Assembly (NCBI GenBank): GCA_017435255.1
Contig: JAFSFI010000010.1
Coordinates: 170,483-234,482 of the forward strand
From: Bacilli bacterium
GTDB lineage: Bacteria; Bacillota_I; Bacilli_A; RF39; UBA660
DNA length: 64,000 nt
Direction: 5' to 3'
Below the pieces are notes generated by a model. That model was not told the origin of the DNA, made no database searches, and saw only the letters and a list, made by a program, of their open reading frames with translations. The position numbers and the translations under genes are program-made. Position 1 is the stretch's first letter; every line of letters starts with the position of its first letter. Shown piece by piece: positions 1 through 10,065 of the stretch.

Positions 1-551
1 CCAATTTCAGCCATCTTATGTAAGTCAGCCATTGGTCCAATAGGAGTAAAATCAAACTTAAAATCTCCTGTAGTTACAATTCTACCATTAGGTGTTGCAA
101 CTACAATTCCGTGTGAATCCGGAATAGAGTGGGTTGTTCTAAAAAATTCCACTTCAATATTTTTAAATTTTAATATGTCTTGATCGGTATAAACAAATAA
201 ATTATCATATCTAATATTACGATCTTCTAATTTTAATGCAATAAGTTCTTTGGCCTGGTTAGGTGCATAAATTGCAGGGACATTTACTGATTGAAGTAAA
301 AAAGGAATTCCTCCGATGTGATCTTCATGTCCATGCGTTATAATTAAAGCTTTAATTTTATCTTGGTTTTGTTTTAAAAAAGTATAATCTGGGAATATAT
401 AGTCTATCCCTAAAAGTCCACCATCTGGAAAACTAACTCCAGAATCAATAATAATAATTTCATCTTCATGCATTACACAATACATGTTTTTTCCAACTTC
501 ACCTAAACCACCCAAAACTATTAATTTAGTTTCACTTTGGTTTTTATTCAT
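1..551 (-). CDS. rnj: Ribonuclease J (5' part; continues beyond the window start)
   Basis: Not in the ORF track. Minus-strand ATG at 551 with AGGAG RBS reads MNKNQSETKLIVLGGLGEVGKNMY...ITHGHEDHIGG...HSIPD...TGDFK, which are metallo-beta-lactamase RNase J motifs. Confidence 0.93.
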   Translation of the reverse strand, partial: MNKNQSETKLIVLGGLGEVGKNMYCVMHEDEIIIIDSGVSFPDGGLLGIDYIFPDYTFLKQNQDKIKALIITHGHEDHIGGIPFLLQSVNVPAIYAPNQAKELIALKLEDRNIRYDNLFVYTDQDILKFKNIEVEFFRTTHSIPDSHGIVVATPNGRIVTTGDFKFDFTPIGPMADLHKMAEI

Positions 552-620
552 AATTTCTCCTTTCTTATATGTAAAGAACTAACTACAAAAGTATACTATG
601 AAAATATTTTTTTGTCTAGT

Positions 621-658
621 TTTATATAGATGTAGTTATTATATAACATCTATATAAA
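621..658. repeat. Inverted repeat overlapping the predicted rnj transcription start
   Basis: tttatatagatgt (621-633) and acatctatataaa (646-658). A minus-strand extended -10 TGaTATACT lies at about 666-658. Confidence 0.6.
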
Positions 659-731
659 GTATATCATAATGATAACATATTCTCTATATTGATATGTTAA
701 AAATACATAAGTTTACGCAATAAAAAAGAGA

Positions 732-2039
732 TTAATCTTCATCATTAATCTCTTCTTTAATTATTTTTTTCTTTTTAGCCTTATTCTTCTTTTTTTTCTT
801 ACTATTATTAATTAAAACTATCAATAGCATTAAATATGTAATAATTAGCACCAAACCAAGACTTATAATTGTGTATTGATATAATACATCGTTGTTTTTA
901 GAATTGTTTGTTTCTTCATCATTATATCTTTGTATTGTGTTTTCTTCACTATCATACACGTATAGATTCTTTTTCCCTGTTTCTACATTAACACCATAGA
1001 ATAAATAGTATTTAGAACTGGAATTACTTTTATATGCAATAATGTTTTCATCTTCTAATTTTAGGTTTGTCTTTGTATATCCTTTTGGAATTTGAAATGA
1101 ATCATCTAAAACATATATTGTTAATGATTTAAAAATATGTTCTTTGTACAATGTATATGTATTCTTTTTTATATCATATATGTATAAATTTATATTTCCT
1201 TTTTCATCTTTTAATCCAACTAATGTATAATTTAATTTTTTATTTTCTAGAGCAGGAACTTCGAATTCATCTATTTTAGTAGTTGTTTCAGTAAAAGTAG
1301 TGGGGATAGTTAATTGTTCTTTTTTTCTTATTACTGTATATTCTTTATTATCAACTTTTACTATTATTGGATCTAGTTCTTTTACGATTATATTTATAAC
1401 ATATGTTTTTGTTGTACCATTTTCTGCAGTTACAATTATTTCTATTCGATTAGGCCCTTCTATTAAGCCTTTTTCTCCAATACCAGAAATAGTTGCAGTG
1501 TTATCTTCTTTTGTTGCATTTACATTAACTAATCTAATTTCGTTTGGTACTTCCAAGTTATATTCTAAAGTATTTTTGTTGAATACTGGTGACAATTCAT
1601 ATCCATCAACTGTCAGTCCAGACAAATTATTGTTACTGCTATATGTTTTAGGGGCAGTAACTTTTATTGTTGTACTTTGGTTTCCTAAATATTGCCAATC
1701 TGCAGAAGACATACTAGTGATTCTTACTCCGCTTGCAGTACAAGTAATATTTCCAATACTATTACCTTTAACGGTAACACTAAAGGTTTTGGAATAAAGA
1801 CTATTACTCATGTCATCAAAGTTCATACTAACAGTACCACTTCCAGCGCCTGTACAACTTAATGTTCCTTCAATACTTACAATAGGTGAATCCGAGGATA
1901 CTGTAGCAGATACCGTAACATACCCACCTTTTGTAATTGAACTATAGTTTCTTTTTAGTCCTACGCTTGCAGCATCAACCTTTATGGTAAATACTAAAAA
2001 TAAAGTTAATGCTATAAAAGTATATTTCAAATTTTTCAT
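732..2039 (-). CDS. Membrane-anchored surface protein: cohesin-like N-domain, cadherin-like beta-sandwich, C-terminal TM
   Basis: Signal peptide; SSNNNLSGLTV...LSPVFNKNTLEY...VTAENGTTKTY cadherin-like motif; C-terminal hydrophobic helix plus Lys-rich tail. Confidence 0.7.
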   Translation of the reverse strand: MKNLKYTFIALTLFLVFTIKVDAASVGLKRNYSSITKGGYVTVSATVSSDSPIVSIEGTLSCTGAGSGTVSMNFDDMSNSLYSKTFSVTVKGNSIGNITCTASGVRITSMSSADWQYLGNQSTTIKVTAPKTYSSNNNLSGLTVDGYELSPVFNKNTLEYNLEVPNEIRLVNVNATKEDNTATISGIGEKGLIEGPNRIEIIVTAENGTTKTYVINIIVKELDPIIVKVDNKEYTVIRKKEQLTIPTTFTETTTKIDEFEVPALENKKLNYTLVGLKDEKGNINLYIYDIKKNTYTLYKEHIFKSLTIYVLDDSFQIPKGYTKTNLKLEDENIIAYKSNSSSKYYLFYGVNVETGKKNLYVYDSEENTIQRYNDEETNNSKNNDVLYQYTIISLGLVLIITYLMLLIVLINNSKKKKKNKAKKKKIIKEEINDED

Positions 2040-2048
2040 ATATCCTCC

Positions 2049-4136
2049 TTATTGAGTAATTTTAGCATAACCATAGAAATCTCTAAGGATTGCTAAATAA
2101 TCTAGTTTATCTACCGTTCCATCTTTATTGGCATCAGCAGCATTTTTATATACACCATTATATTCAGTATACTTATAGAAATGTCTAAGCACTGCTAAAT
2201 AATCTAATTTATCGATAGCGCTATCGCCATTAACATCGCCGAATATAACGATTTCAAAAGTTTTTGTTTCATTTTTGCTAGTAATAGTTATTTTATCTCC
2301 GGTAGCAAGGTTTCCGCTGGTTTTATTTTCGTTATTTTTATTAGTTACTTGAATTGTTGCAAAAGAATTTGATTGCAATAATTTATTTGCTAAATCACTG
2401 CTATTTGCACCAACTTCTATACCTGTTAAGTAAGTATTTGTTAGTTTTAACTTTGAACTTGTAATCATTTCTTCAACAGTGGGTTGTTCATCACTTGTTA
2501 TTTCCGATCTGGTAATCTTTAATGTATATGTTTTAGTAGAACCATTTCCAGCAATTACTACTATATTAAAATTGTTTTCTCCCACATTTAGGTTTACTGT
2601 TTTAGATGCGGTTTGTAATAGACTATCATCTCCATCAATAGACACATATGAAGTTCTTGCTACTGTAGTACTATTGATTGTAATGCTGTTAACATTTCCT
2701 GTCACATTTAGTGAATAATTAGTTTTATCTCCGCTAAAGTTTGATACTGAATTAGTTGTATCACCAACTTTTACAGTTAATTGTTTTAACCAATTGTTAG
2801 GATTACCTAGTGTAGGCAATGACGTTGACTCTGGCATGTTATTATATATTGGTATATAGAAAACAAAAGGTGTTCTTAATAATCCGAGGCTAGAATATAA
2901 ATCTCTTAATATACTTGCTTGTGATTTTGGGTCTTCTAAATTAGTCATATATTGATGTCCTATATCTGTGTTAGTTGCACCTGTATTAAATTTTTGAAAA
3001 TAATTTGTATATTGTCCAACATTTACATATTGTGCAGCAATCCATTTTGTACCACCTTTAATTGCTCTTTCTTCTGTATTCCATGGAAGAAAGTAGTTTT
3101 CGTTAGTTTGAGCTGCATAGCACAGACCATTTAAATCAGCATTAGTTGGACTAGAGTATGCACCTATGTTAAAGAAGTTATATAGTGAAGCAGCATATAA
3201 TGTACCGTTCGAATTATACGTAAAACTACTTGTACAATTAACATTTGTAGTACCACTAGTAACTCTAGTATTAAGTGTTCCTTCTTGTCTTATTTTTATT
3301 GCTACAGCGATAGGGGAATAGTTGAATTCTTGTCCTGCATTATAAATATAATCGTTATATCGATTAGTACCTAGTAAAGTTGTAATACTATCTTTATTTT
3401 GATAAGTACTATCAAAATATAAACTTTCAAACATGAATATGCTTGATTCATTTAAATAATTTCTAGGGTCCATATAATAAGCAACAGTGTCTTTATTTGC
3501 TAAAAAGAAACGACCGTCATATCCATAAAACATATTTGTAGTCCAGTCATAATAACTATCTGTGCTTAAGTAAGCCTCTTGTCCAGCTGATTCTCTTATT
3601 GCGTCTATATAATAAGTATTATAACCGTCTTTCATTTCCTGATTTAATGTTGTGTTCCAATCTCTATTAGTTTGTACACCTTTAAACACCCATGATGGAT
3701 ACCTTTTGTGAAGCTCTTTTAATTTTGCTTTATATGTATCATTAAATCCTTGACTATTTAAATAAGCGTCAAATTCTTCATCAGTCATTTGAGACATATC
3801 GTTTGTAACATCGTTTATTTCCTCCTGACTGATTACTTCTGTATACAGTTTGCAGATATAACCATTTACGCTAGAAACATATATCCACTCCACACATGAG
3901 TCATTTTCATTACGAAAAATATCACTATCAGTATATTTAAATATAGAGTGTAAAGAAAAACTACCTTTTATTGTAGAACTTGATGAAGGTTCGCTCCTAA
4001 TGTTTAGACCCCAGTCTGTTGTTGTTCGAGCGGTGTATTCAATATATGTTTCAGCTCTAACAATTAATATCGACGGAGCAATACATAGTAAAGTTAATAT
4101 TAAAAGGGCAAGTTTTAATAATTTGTTTTTTCTCAT
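2049..4136 (-). CDS. Secreted peptidoglycan hydrolase: SH3b, GH73-like glucosaminidase, cadherin-like domain, C-terminal type I dockerin
   Basis: LNIRSEPS (SH3b); MDPRNYL, NFFNIGA, GQYTNYFQKFN, HQYMTN (Acp/LytD-like); duplicated GDVNGDSAIDKLDY / ADANKDGTVDKLDY dockerin Ca-loops. Confidence 0.8.
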   Translation of the reverse strand: MRKNKLLKLALLILTLLCIAPSILIVRAETYIEYTARTTTDWGLNIRSEPSSSSTIKGSFSLHSIFKYTDSDIFRNENDSCVEWIYVSSVNGYICKLYTEVISQEEINDVTNDMSQMTDEEFDAYLNSQGFNDTYKAKLKELHKRYPSWVFKGVQTNRDWNTTLNQEMKDGYNTYYIDAIRESAGQEAYLSTDSYYDWTTNMFYGYDGRFFLANKDTVAYYMDPRNYLNESSIFMFESLYFDSTYQNKDSITTLLGTNRYNDYIYNAGQEFNYSPIAVAIKIRQEGTLNTRVTSGTTNVNCTSSFTYNSNGTLYAASLYNFFNIGAYSSPTNADLNGLCYAAQTNENYFLPWNTEERAIKGGTKWIAAQYVNVGQYTNYFQKFNTGATNTDIGHQYMTNLEDPKSQASILRDLYSSLGLLRTPFVFYIPIYNNMPESTSLPTLGNPNNWLKQLTVKVGDTTNSVSNFSGDKTNYSLNVTGNVNSITINSTTVARTSYVSIDGDDSLLQTASKTVNLNVGENNFNIVVIAGNGSTKTYTLKITRSEITSDEQPTVEEMITSSKLKLTNTYLTGIEVGANSSDLANKLLQSNSFATIQVTNKNNENKTSGNLATGDKITITSKNETKTFEIVIFGDVNGDSAIDKLDYLAVLRHFYKYTEYNGVYKNAADANKDGTVDKLDYLAILRDFYGYAKITQ

Positions 4137-4327
4137 AATATCAACCTCCTACTATTGTTTTATAATATAATTATACAATATGTAGGAAAAGTAAAAAAAC
4201 AAATGTCAATAAATTTACAAAAAAGTGATAAAAATAGACGTTTTTTTACATAAAACTACGTTTGACTTGCATTTTTTTGTCATGTTATAATTGGATTATG
4301 AACGAATTAATAATGGAGTAAAGATGT

Positions 4328-5263
4328 ATGAAAAAGAAAATATCTGTTGTAGTACCATGCTATAACGAAGAAGAGGCATTAAAATATTTTTATAAAGAGA
4401 TTAATGATGTATCAAAAAAAATGAAGGAATTAAATTTTGAATTTATTTTTGTTAATGATGGTTCAAAAGACAAAACTTTAGACGAAATAAAGCAACTTGC
4501 TATTGATGACAAAAGAGTTAGATATGTATCATTTTCTAGAAACTTTGGAAAAGAAGCTGCTATGTTAGCGGGATTAGAGTATTCTAGAGGAGACTTTGTA
4601 ACAATAATGGACGCCGATTTACAAGATCCACCCGAACTATTAGAAGAAATGTATAGGTTGATTGTTGAAGAAGGATATGATTGCGTATCTACTAGAAGAG
4701 TTACAAGGAAAGGTGAACCACCAATTAGAAGCTTCTTTGCAAGAATGTTTTATCAGATAATTAACGGAATATCAGATATTGAGATGGTAGATGGAGCAAG
4801 GGACTATAGATTAATGACTAGGCAAGTAGTAGATGCAATTATTTCTGTGAAAGAATATAACAGATATTCTAAAGGAATATTTAGTTTTGTTGGATTTAAT
4901 ACTAAATGGCTAGAGTATGAAAATGTTCAAAGGATAGCAGGGGAAACTAAGTGGTCTTTTTGGAAACTATTTGTGTATGCTCTAGAGGGTATAACGGCAT
5001 TTTCTACAACACCATTAATATTATCAGCTATAGTAGGGTTTGTTTTTTGTATAGTATCATTTATTATGATTCTAGTTATTGTTCTAAAGACACTAATTTT
5101 TGGTGATCCCGTATCGGGATGGCCTAGTTTAGTTTGTATAATATTCCTATTAAGTGGAATTCAACTATTTTCTGTAGGTGTTTTAGGACAATACTTATCA
5201 AAAACATATCTAGAAACAAAGAGAAGGCCAATATATATAGTTAAAGAGACAGAAGAAAAATAG
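4328..5263 (+). CDS. GT2 polyprenol-phosphate glycosyltransferase (GtrB/CsbB-like)
   Basis: VVPCYNEE, DGSKD, SRNFGKEAA, DADLQDPPE; two C-terminal TM helices. Confidence 0.9.
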   Translation: MKKKISVVVPCYNEEEALKYFYKEINDVSKKMKELNFEFIFVNDGSKDKTLDEIKQLAIDDKRVRYVSFSRNFGKEAAMLAGLEYSRGDFVTIMDADLQDPPELLEEMYRLIVEEGYDCVSTRRVTRKGEPPIRSFFARMFYQIINGISDIEMVDGARDYRLMTRQVVDAIISVKEYNRYSKGIFSFVGFNTKWLEYENVQRIAGETKWSFWKLFVYALEGITAFSTTPLILSAIVGFVFCIVSFIMILVIVLKTLIFGDPVSGWPSLVCIIFLLSGIQLFSVGVLGQYLSKTYLETKRRPIYIVKETEEK

Positions 5264-5347
5264 AACTGTCAAGAATTGTATAATTATTGACATTTGCTTG
5301 AAATAAAATGTAAAGGGGTTTATTCTTATAATAGGGAGTGTGATAAA

Positions 5348-5560
5348 GTGATATATCCATCAATTGATAAACTTTTAAACATAGTTGATTCAAAGTATCA
5401 GCTAGTTCATATTGCAGCAAGAAGAAGTAAAGAAATGACTAAAACAGAGTATTTTCAAATACCAATAAGTAAATATACTTCATCTAAAAACATTGGTCGA
5501 GCATTAGAAGAAGTATCTGAAGGATTAGTAAATATTAAACGTGGAGAAGAGTTAGAATAG
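5348..5560 (+). CDS. rpoZ: RNA polymerase omega subunit
   Basis: GTG start at 5348 after GGGAGTG; MIYPSIDKLL...SKYQLVHIAARR...ALEE. Confidence 0.9.
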   Translation: MIYPSIDKLLNIVDSKYQLVHIAARRSKEMTKTEYFQIPISKYTSSKNIGRALEEVSEGLVNIKRGEELE

Positions 5561-5615
5561 ACTCTTTTTTCTTTGATTTAAGATATAAATATTATATAAT
5601 TAGGGTGGTGATAAT

Positions 5616-6356
5616 ATGCATATAGATAAATACACAAAATTAAAGAATGGTCAATACAAATTAAGTTTTGATAACGGAACTAATGCTCTAGTTCATGAGG
5701 ACTTAATATTAAAATATAATTTACTAATTAATAAAGAGCTAGATGAAGAACTTTTGGAAACAATATTAAAAGAAAACCAATCCTATATTGCTTATGGATT
5801 AGCGATAGGTTATCTTAAAACAAAGATGCGTAGTCAAAAAGAAATAAAAGAATACTTACAAAAAAAGGATATAACAGAAGATTTAATTAACAATGCTATT
5901 GCTATTCTAAAAAAACAAGGGTATATAAATGATGAAATATACTGTAAATGTTATATAAATGACAGAATAAATTTAAGTAATGATGGCCCATACAAAATAA
6001 AGGAAAACTTAAGTAAGCTTGGTATTGTAGAAGAAATTATTAATCATAACATATTAATATTTGATAGTTCACTAGAACAAGAACGAATAAAAAAATTAAT
6101 TAATAAATATTTAAAAAACAATCACAATAAGAGTGGATTTATTTTAAAGAGAAAAATGATAGATAATTTAACTAAATTGGGATATACCAAGAGCATTGTC
6201 ATAAGTGAAGTAGAAAAAGTAAAGATAGATGATAAAAACATAATGGAAAAAGAATACAAGAAAATTCATGATAAGTTATCAAAAAAATATTCAGGAAAAG
6301 AATTAGAATATAAAGTTAAACAAAAAATGTATCAAAAAGGATTTTTTATAGAGTAG
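5616..6356 (+). CDS. recX: Regulatory protein RecX
   Basis: RSQKEIKEYL, LKKQGYIND, GPYKIKENL, C-terminal YQKGF. Confidence 0.88.
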   Translation: MHIDKYTKLKNGQYKLSFDNGTNALVHEDLILKYNLLINKELDEELLETILKENQSYIAYGLAIGYLKTKMRSQKEIKEYLQKKDITEDLINNAIAILKKQGYINDEIYCKCYINDRINLSNDGPYKIKENLSKLGIVEEIINHNILIFDSSLEQERIKKLINKYLKNNHNKSGFILKRKMIDNLTKLGYTKSIVISEVEKVKIDDKNIMEKEYKKIHDKLSKKYSGKELEYKVKQKMYQKGFFIE

Positions 6357-6417
6357 AATTGACACATTATTTTGTGCATGATAATATATAAATGCTTTAG
6401 AAATGGGGGAAATAGGA

Positions 6418-7002
6418 ATGGAAAAAAAGAATGTAGGACAAACAACTACAGTAAATGGAGTTGCTAGAGCACATTTATCGGCAGGGATTGTGTCATTGAT
6501 TAAGGTGGTTGATGGTGAGTATACACTGAAAAAAGGTGAAACAGCCGTTTACTTACCACAGCAAGGCAATAAAACTGTAATAGCTTTAGATATTAGAAAA
6601 GCTGTATTTGAAGAGAAAGATGGATATGGAGAAGATATCTTCTATAGTTTCGGTGAAGGCGGTTATAGATATAAAATTGCCGGTGTGGCTGGTGAAGAAT
6701 ATAGAAATAATACAATAGTAATAAGGAATATTAGAAATTTAAATGATCTTTTGTGTTATGCCGGAATACCTTATTGGGTTGATGACCTTAGTGAAGGTAG
6801 TGTGAGAAAAATGGTTCTTTCTAGTGAAGAATTATTAATGGTAAAAAAACATCAAAAAACGCTAACTGAAAGTGGTATTATTGAGCCGGAAAGAGTAAAA
6901 GAAATTAATAGCCAAGCTTGCTTCTTATATCAATTTAAAAAGAGCAACTTACCAACAAAACCACAAAGGGTAGAAAAAGTGTATTTAAAATATTTTAAAT
7001 AA
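6418..7002 (+). CDS. Hypothetical cytoplasmic protein
   Basis: Long ORF with upstream TTGACA promoter and downstream terminator; start may be 6403. No recognised motif. Confidence 0.65.
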   Translation: MEKKNVGQTTTVNGVARAHLSAGIVSLIKVVDGEYTLKKGETAVYLPQQGNKTVIALDIRKAVFEEKDGYGEDIFYSFGEGGYRYKIAGVAGEEYRNNTIVIRNIRNLNDLLCYAGIPYWVDDLSEGSVRKMVLSSEELLMVKKHQKTLTESGIIEPERVKEINSQACFLYQFKKSNLPTKPQRVEKVYLKYFK

Positions 7003-7003
7003 T

Positions 7004-7031
7004 AAAAAAAGATTCTTTAGAATCTTTTTTT
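7004..7031. terminator. Bidirectional intrinsic terminator
   Basis: aaaaaaagattc-ttta-gaatcttttttt between convergent genes. Confidence 0.8.
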
Positions 7032-8010
7032 ATTTTTCTATACTTTCAACAAAATCTTTATATTGTTTTTTTAATTTATCATCTTGAATTTCTATCTCTT
7101 TTGATTTTCTTAATTCAATTAATGCTTTATTTTGAAGTTCTTCATCTTTTGATAATTTTTCTGAAGCTAGTGTCTCAATAATTTCATCTTTTACTTTTTC
7201 TAATTTTGGTTTTTCTTTTTGATCTGTTTTTAGAATGATATGGTAACCATATTGAGTTTTTACTGGTTCAGTTGTATATTTTCCTTTTTCTAACTTAACA
7301 GCAGCTTCTTCAAATTCAGTAACCATTTCTCCACGATTGAACCAATCTAAGTTTCCACCGTCTTCTTTAGAACCATCTTCTGAATATTGTTTTGCTAAAT
7401 CTTCAAATTTTTCTCCATTATTTAATTTTGCTAGTACTTCATTAGCTTTTTTTAGAGCTTCTTCATAAGCTTTATTTTTTTCTTCATCTGTGGCATTACT
7501 TGCGTAGTTAGCTTTAATTAAGATGTGACTAGCTTTAATATCACCAATGACTTTATCGTTATAATAAGTTTCAATTTCTTTGTCTGTTACTAATGTTTTT
7601 GCATAATCCTCTGTATATAGTTCTCTTTTATATTGAAGTGCAATTAAATTTTCAACCGCCTCCATATCAGATACACCAAAATATGCGATGGCAAATGCTT
7701 TGAAATTAGAATAATAACTTACATAATAACTATTTTCATATGTATATTCTAGTTGTTCTAATTGTGCATCAACATATTTCTTTTCCTCGTCATCAACAGG
7801 ATATTCCTTTTCTAATAATTTAGTATCAATCATGTTAATTAATGTAGTTAATGCATAAGTATCTTTCATTTCTTGATATAATTCATCAACAGAAATATTT
7901 CCGCTTTTAGAAGTTACAACAGCTTCCTTTCCATCCTCTAGTTTAGGCACTTTACCACAACTAGTAACAAGTACTAAAACCATACATAAACAAATTAATA
8001 ATTTTTTCAT
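7030..8010 (-). CDS. prsA: Foldase lipoprotein PrsA (parvulin PPIase)
   Basis: Lipobox VTSC; KASHILI, FEDLAKQYSED, GGNLDWF, PVKTQYGYHII. Confidence 0.93.
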   Translation of the reverse strand: MKKLLICLCMVLVLVTSCGKVPKLEDGKEAVVTSKSGNISVDELYQEMKDTYALTTLINMIDTKLLEKEYPVDDEEKKYVDAQLEQLEYTYENSYYVSYYSNFKAFAIAYFGVSDMEAVENLIALQYKRELYTEDYAKTLVTDKEIETYYNDKVIGDIKASHILIKANYASNATDEEKNKAYEEALKKANEVLAKLNNGEKFEDLAKQYSEDGSKEDGGNLDWFNRGEMVTEFEEAAVKLEKGKYTTEPVKTQYGYHIILKTDQKEKPKLEKVKDEIIETLASEKLSKDEELQNKALIELRKSKEIEIQDDKLKKQYKDFVESIEK

Positions 8011-8101
8011 TTTATTTTCTCCTCTCCTTAAAGTACATATTTATCATAACAAATATACATTTAAAAAACAATTATTTTAGATATTTTTTGGCAATTGTCC
8101 G

Positions 8102-8129
8102 AACACTTTTTTAATTTTTCCATAAAATA
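8102..8129 (+). promoter_or_regulatory. Candidate SigK-type promoter for the small spore peptides
   Basis: AC(8103-8104)-N16-CATAAAATA(8121-8129) fits the B. subtilis SigK consensus AC-N16/17-CATAnnnTA. Confidence 0.45.
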
Positions 8130-8162
8130 CTGTGAGTAAACAAAAAAAGGAGGATTTAAATT

Positions 8163-8243
8163 ATGGGAAATTATATTTCATCTTCAGCAATCGTTTTAGT
8201 ATTATTTATTTTACTAGTTATCATACTAGGTGCTTATATCTAG
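8163..8243 (+). CDS. YjcZ/SscA-family small spore peptide, 26 aa
   Basis: Not in the ORF track. AGGAGG RBS; MGNYISSSAIVLVLFILLVIILGAYI carries the VLFILLxII family motif; adjacent to prsA as sscA is in B. subtilis. Confidence 0.85.
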   Translation: MGNYISSSAIVLVLFILLVIILGAYI

Positions 8244-8260
8244 TTTAAGGAGGTGCAAAT

Positions 8261-8380
8261 ATGTCTTGTAACAATATAAATACACAAGAATGTTGTCATG
8301 AAAATAATGGTGGATTTGTGTTTATAATAGTTTTATATATACTATTAGCTATTATATTAGGTTCATGGTTTTCATGTTAA
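8261..8380 (+). CDS. YjcZ-family small spore peptide, 39 aa, Cys-rich
   Basis: Not in the ORF track. AGGAGGT RBS; MSCNNINTQECCHENNGGFVFIIVLYILLAIILGSWFSC; followed by a terminator at about 8384-8410. Confidence 0.82.
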   Translation: MSCNNINTQECCHENNGGFVFIIVLYILLAIILGSWFSC

Positions 8381-8457
8381 TGTAAAAAGATTCAATCAAG
8401 AATCTTTTTTCTTGCTATAAATTATCTGTTATAGATATAATAATATTAGGTGATAAT

Positions 8458-8739
8458 ATGAAAAAGATATTTATAGTAGTTTTTGTTTTATTATTTGTAA
8501 CTGCTTGCGGTGGAGAAGCTGATTTAATAGGGACTTGGATATCTAGCGATAATTCAACCTATCAGTTTAACGAAGATGGAACATGCGAGAAAAGAACTAA
8601 TATAAACAAATATAGCTGTACTTATACTAAAAACGGTGGAGTAGTAGACATAAACTTATCAGATGGTACTATAGAATCTGGACAAATAAATCCAGACCGT
8701 ATAGTTATTGGTAGCGATGTTTACAAAAAAGGAGAGTAA
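8458..8739 (+). CDS. Small lipoprotein
   Basis: Lipobox VTAC; LIGTW...YQFNEDGT beta-rich motif. Confidence 0.75.
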   Translation: MKKIFIVVFVLLFVTACGGEADLIGTWISSDNSTYQFNEDGTCEKRTNINKYSCTYTKNGGVVDINLSDGTIESGQINPDRIVIGSDVYKKGE

Positions 8740-8742
8740 TTA

Positions 8743-9135
8743 TTACTCTCCTTTAATGGTTTTAAATGTTTCTTCTATTTCTTTTAGTATTTCATTATTA
8801 TAATTATGATTTAATAAATCGTTTTCATATCTTGGCATTAAATGCAAATGATAATGTTTGACTTCTTGACCATAATCATTATTTTGAATTAGTGTAAGAC
8901 CTTCACAATTTAGTTTTGCTTTTAATAATTGATACATATCTTTAGCAACTTTATAAATGTGATTTAATGTTTCTAAATCTATATCTTTTAAGTTTACAAA
9001 ATGTTTTTTAGGAACTATTAAACAATGTCCGTTGGTGTTTGGTGTAATGTCTAAAAACACTTTAACAATATCATCCTCATATAAAGTATAGCTAGGTATT
9101 TCTCCATTTATAATTTTACAAAAAATGCAATCCAT
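8743..9135 (-). CDS. hit: HIT family nucleotide hydrolase
   Basis: MDCIFCKII start at 9135; HYHLHLMPR histidine triad. Confidence 0.93.
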   Translation of the reverse strand: MDCIFCKIINGEIPSYTLYEDDIVKVFLDITPNTNGHCLIVPKKHFVNLKDIDLETLNHIYKVAKDMYQLLKAKLNCEGLTLIQNNDYGQEVKHYHLHLMPRYENDLLNHNYNNEILKEIEETFKTIKGE

Positions 9136-9306
9136 TTTATCATCTCCTATAAATATTTTAACAAAAAAATAAAAATGCATAAAGCATTTTTAGTGAATAC
9201 AGCAAATATTCAATAATATAATGTTATTTACTTATTTTTTTTATACATATAAATATAAATTTATATAGGTTTGTGTTATAATAAGTATATCTCAAGGAGG
9301 GTTATA

Positions 9307-10065
9307 ATGCTTAAGATAGAGAATTTAACAGTAAAGACAAAAGATAAAGAGATATTAAAAAACTTTAATATAGATATAGGATTTGGTGAAGTGCATGCAA
9401 TAATGGGGCCCAATGGTACAGGAAAAAGCACTTTATCAAAGGTTATTATGGGTAGTTCTGATTATGAGATATTAAATGGTAATATAATTTTTTGCGGCGA
9501 TAATTTAAATGGTTTAACTCCTGATGAAAGGGCTAGAAAAGGAATATTTTTATCATTTCAAAATCCTCTAAGTATAGAGGGAGTTACTAATAGTGAATTT
9601 TTAAGAACGGCTATAAATAATAATAGGGAAAACCCAATAGGGCTTTATGAATTTATAAAAGAATTAGATAAGTCTGTAGAAGAATTATCTATGCCAAATG
9701 ATATGATTCATAGATCGGTTAATAAAGGTGCTTCCGGTGGGGAAAGAAAAAAGAATGAAATTTTGCAAATGAAATTGTTAAAGCCTAAGTTTTTAATTCT
9801 AGATGAACTTGATTCTGGCCTTGATGTTGATAGTCTAAAAACAGTTTGTCAAAACATAAATAATTATTTAAAAGAAAATAAAGATACTTCAGTTTTAATT
9901 ATTACTCATTATCCAAGAATACTTGAATATATACGACCAAAATATGTTCATATATTAAGAGATGGAAATATAGTTTCAAAAGGAGACTATAATTTAGCGT
10001 TACAAGTAGAAAAAGATGGTTATAGCAAGATAAATAACCTAAATGGAAATATTGATAATGAATAA
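9307..10065 (+). CDS. sufC: Fe-S assembly ATPase SufC
   Basis: GPNGTGKST, SGGERKKNEILQ, LDELDSGLD, ITHY. Confidence 0.95.
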   Translation: MLKIENLTVKTKDKEILKNFNIDIGFGEVHAIMGPNGTGKSTLSKVIMGSSDYEILNGNIIFCGDNLNGLTPDERARKGIFLSFQNPLSIEGVTNSEFLRTAINNNRENPIGLYEFIKELDKSVEELSMPNDMIHRSVNKGASGGERKKNEILQMKLLKPKFLILDELDSGLDVDSLKTVCQNINNYLKENKDTSVLIITHYPRILEYIRPKYVHILRDGNIVSKGDYNLALQVEKDGYSKINNLNGNIDNE

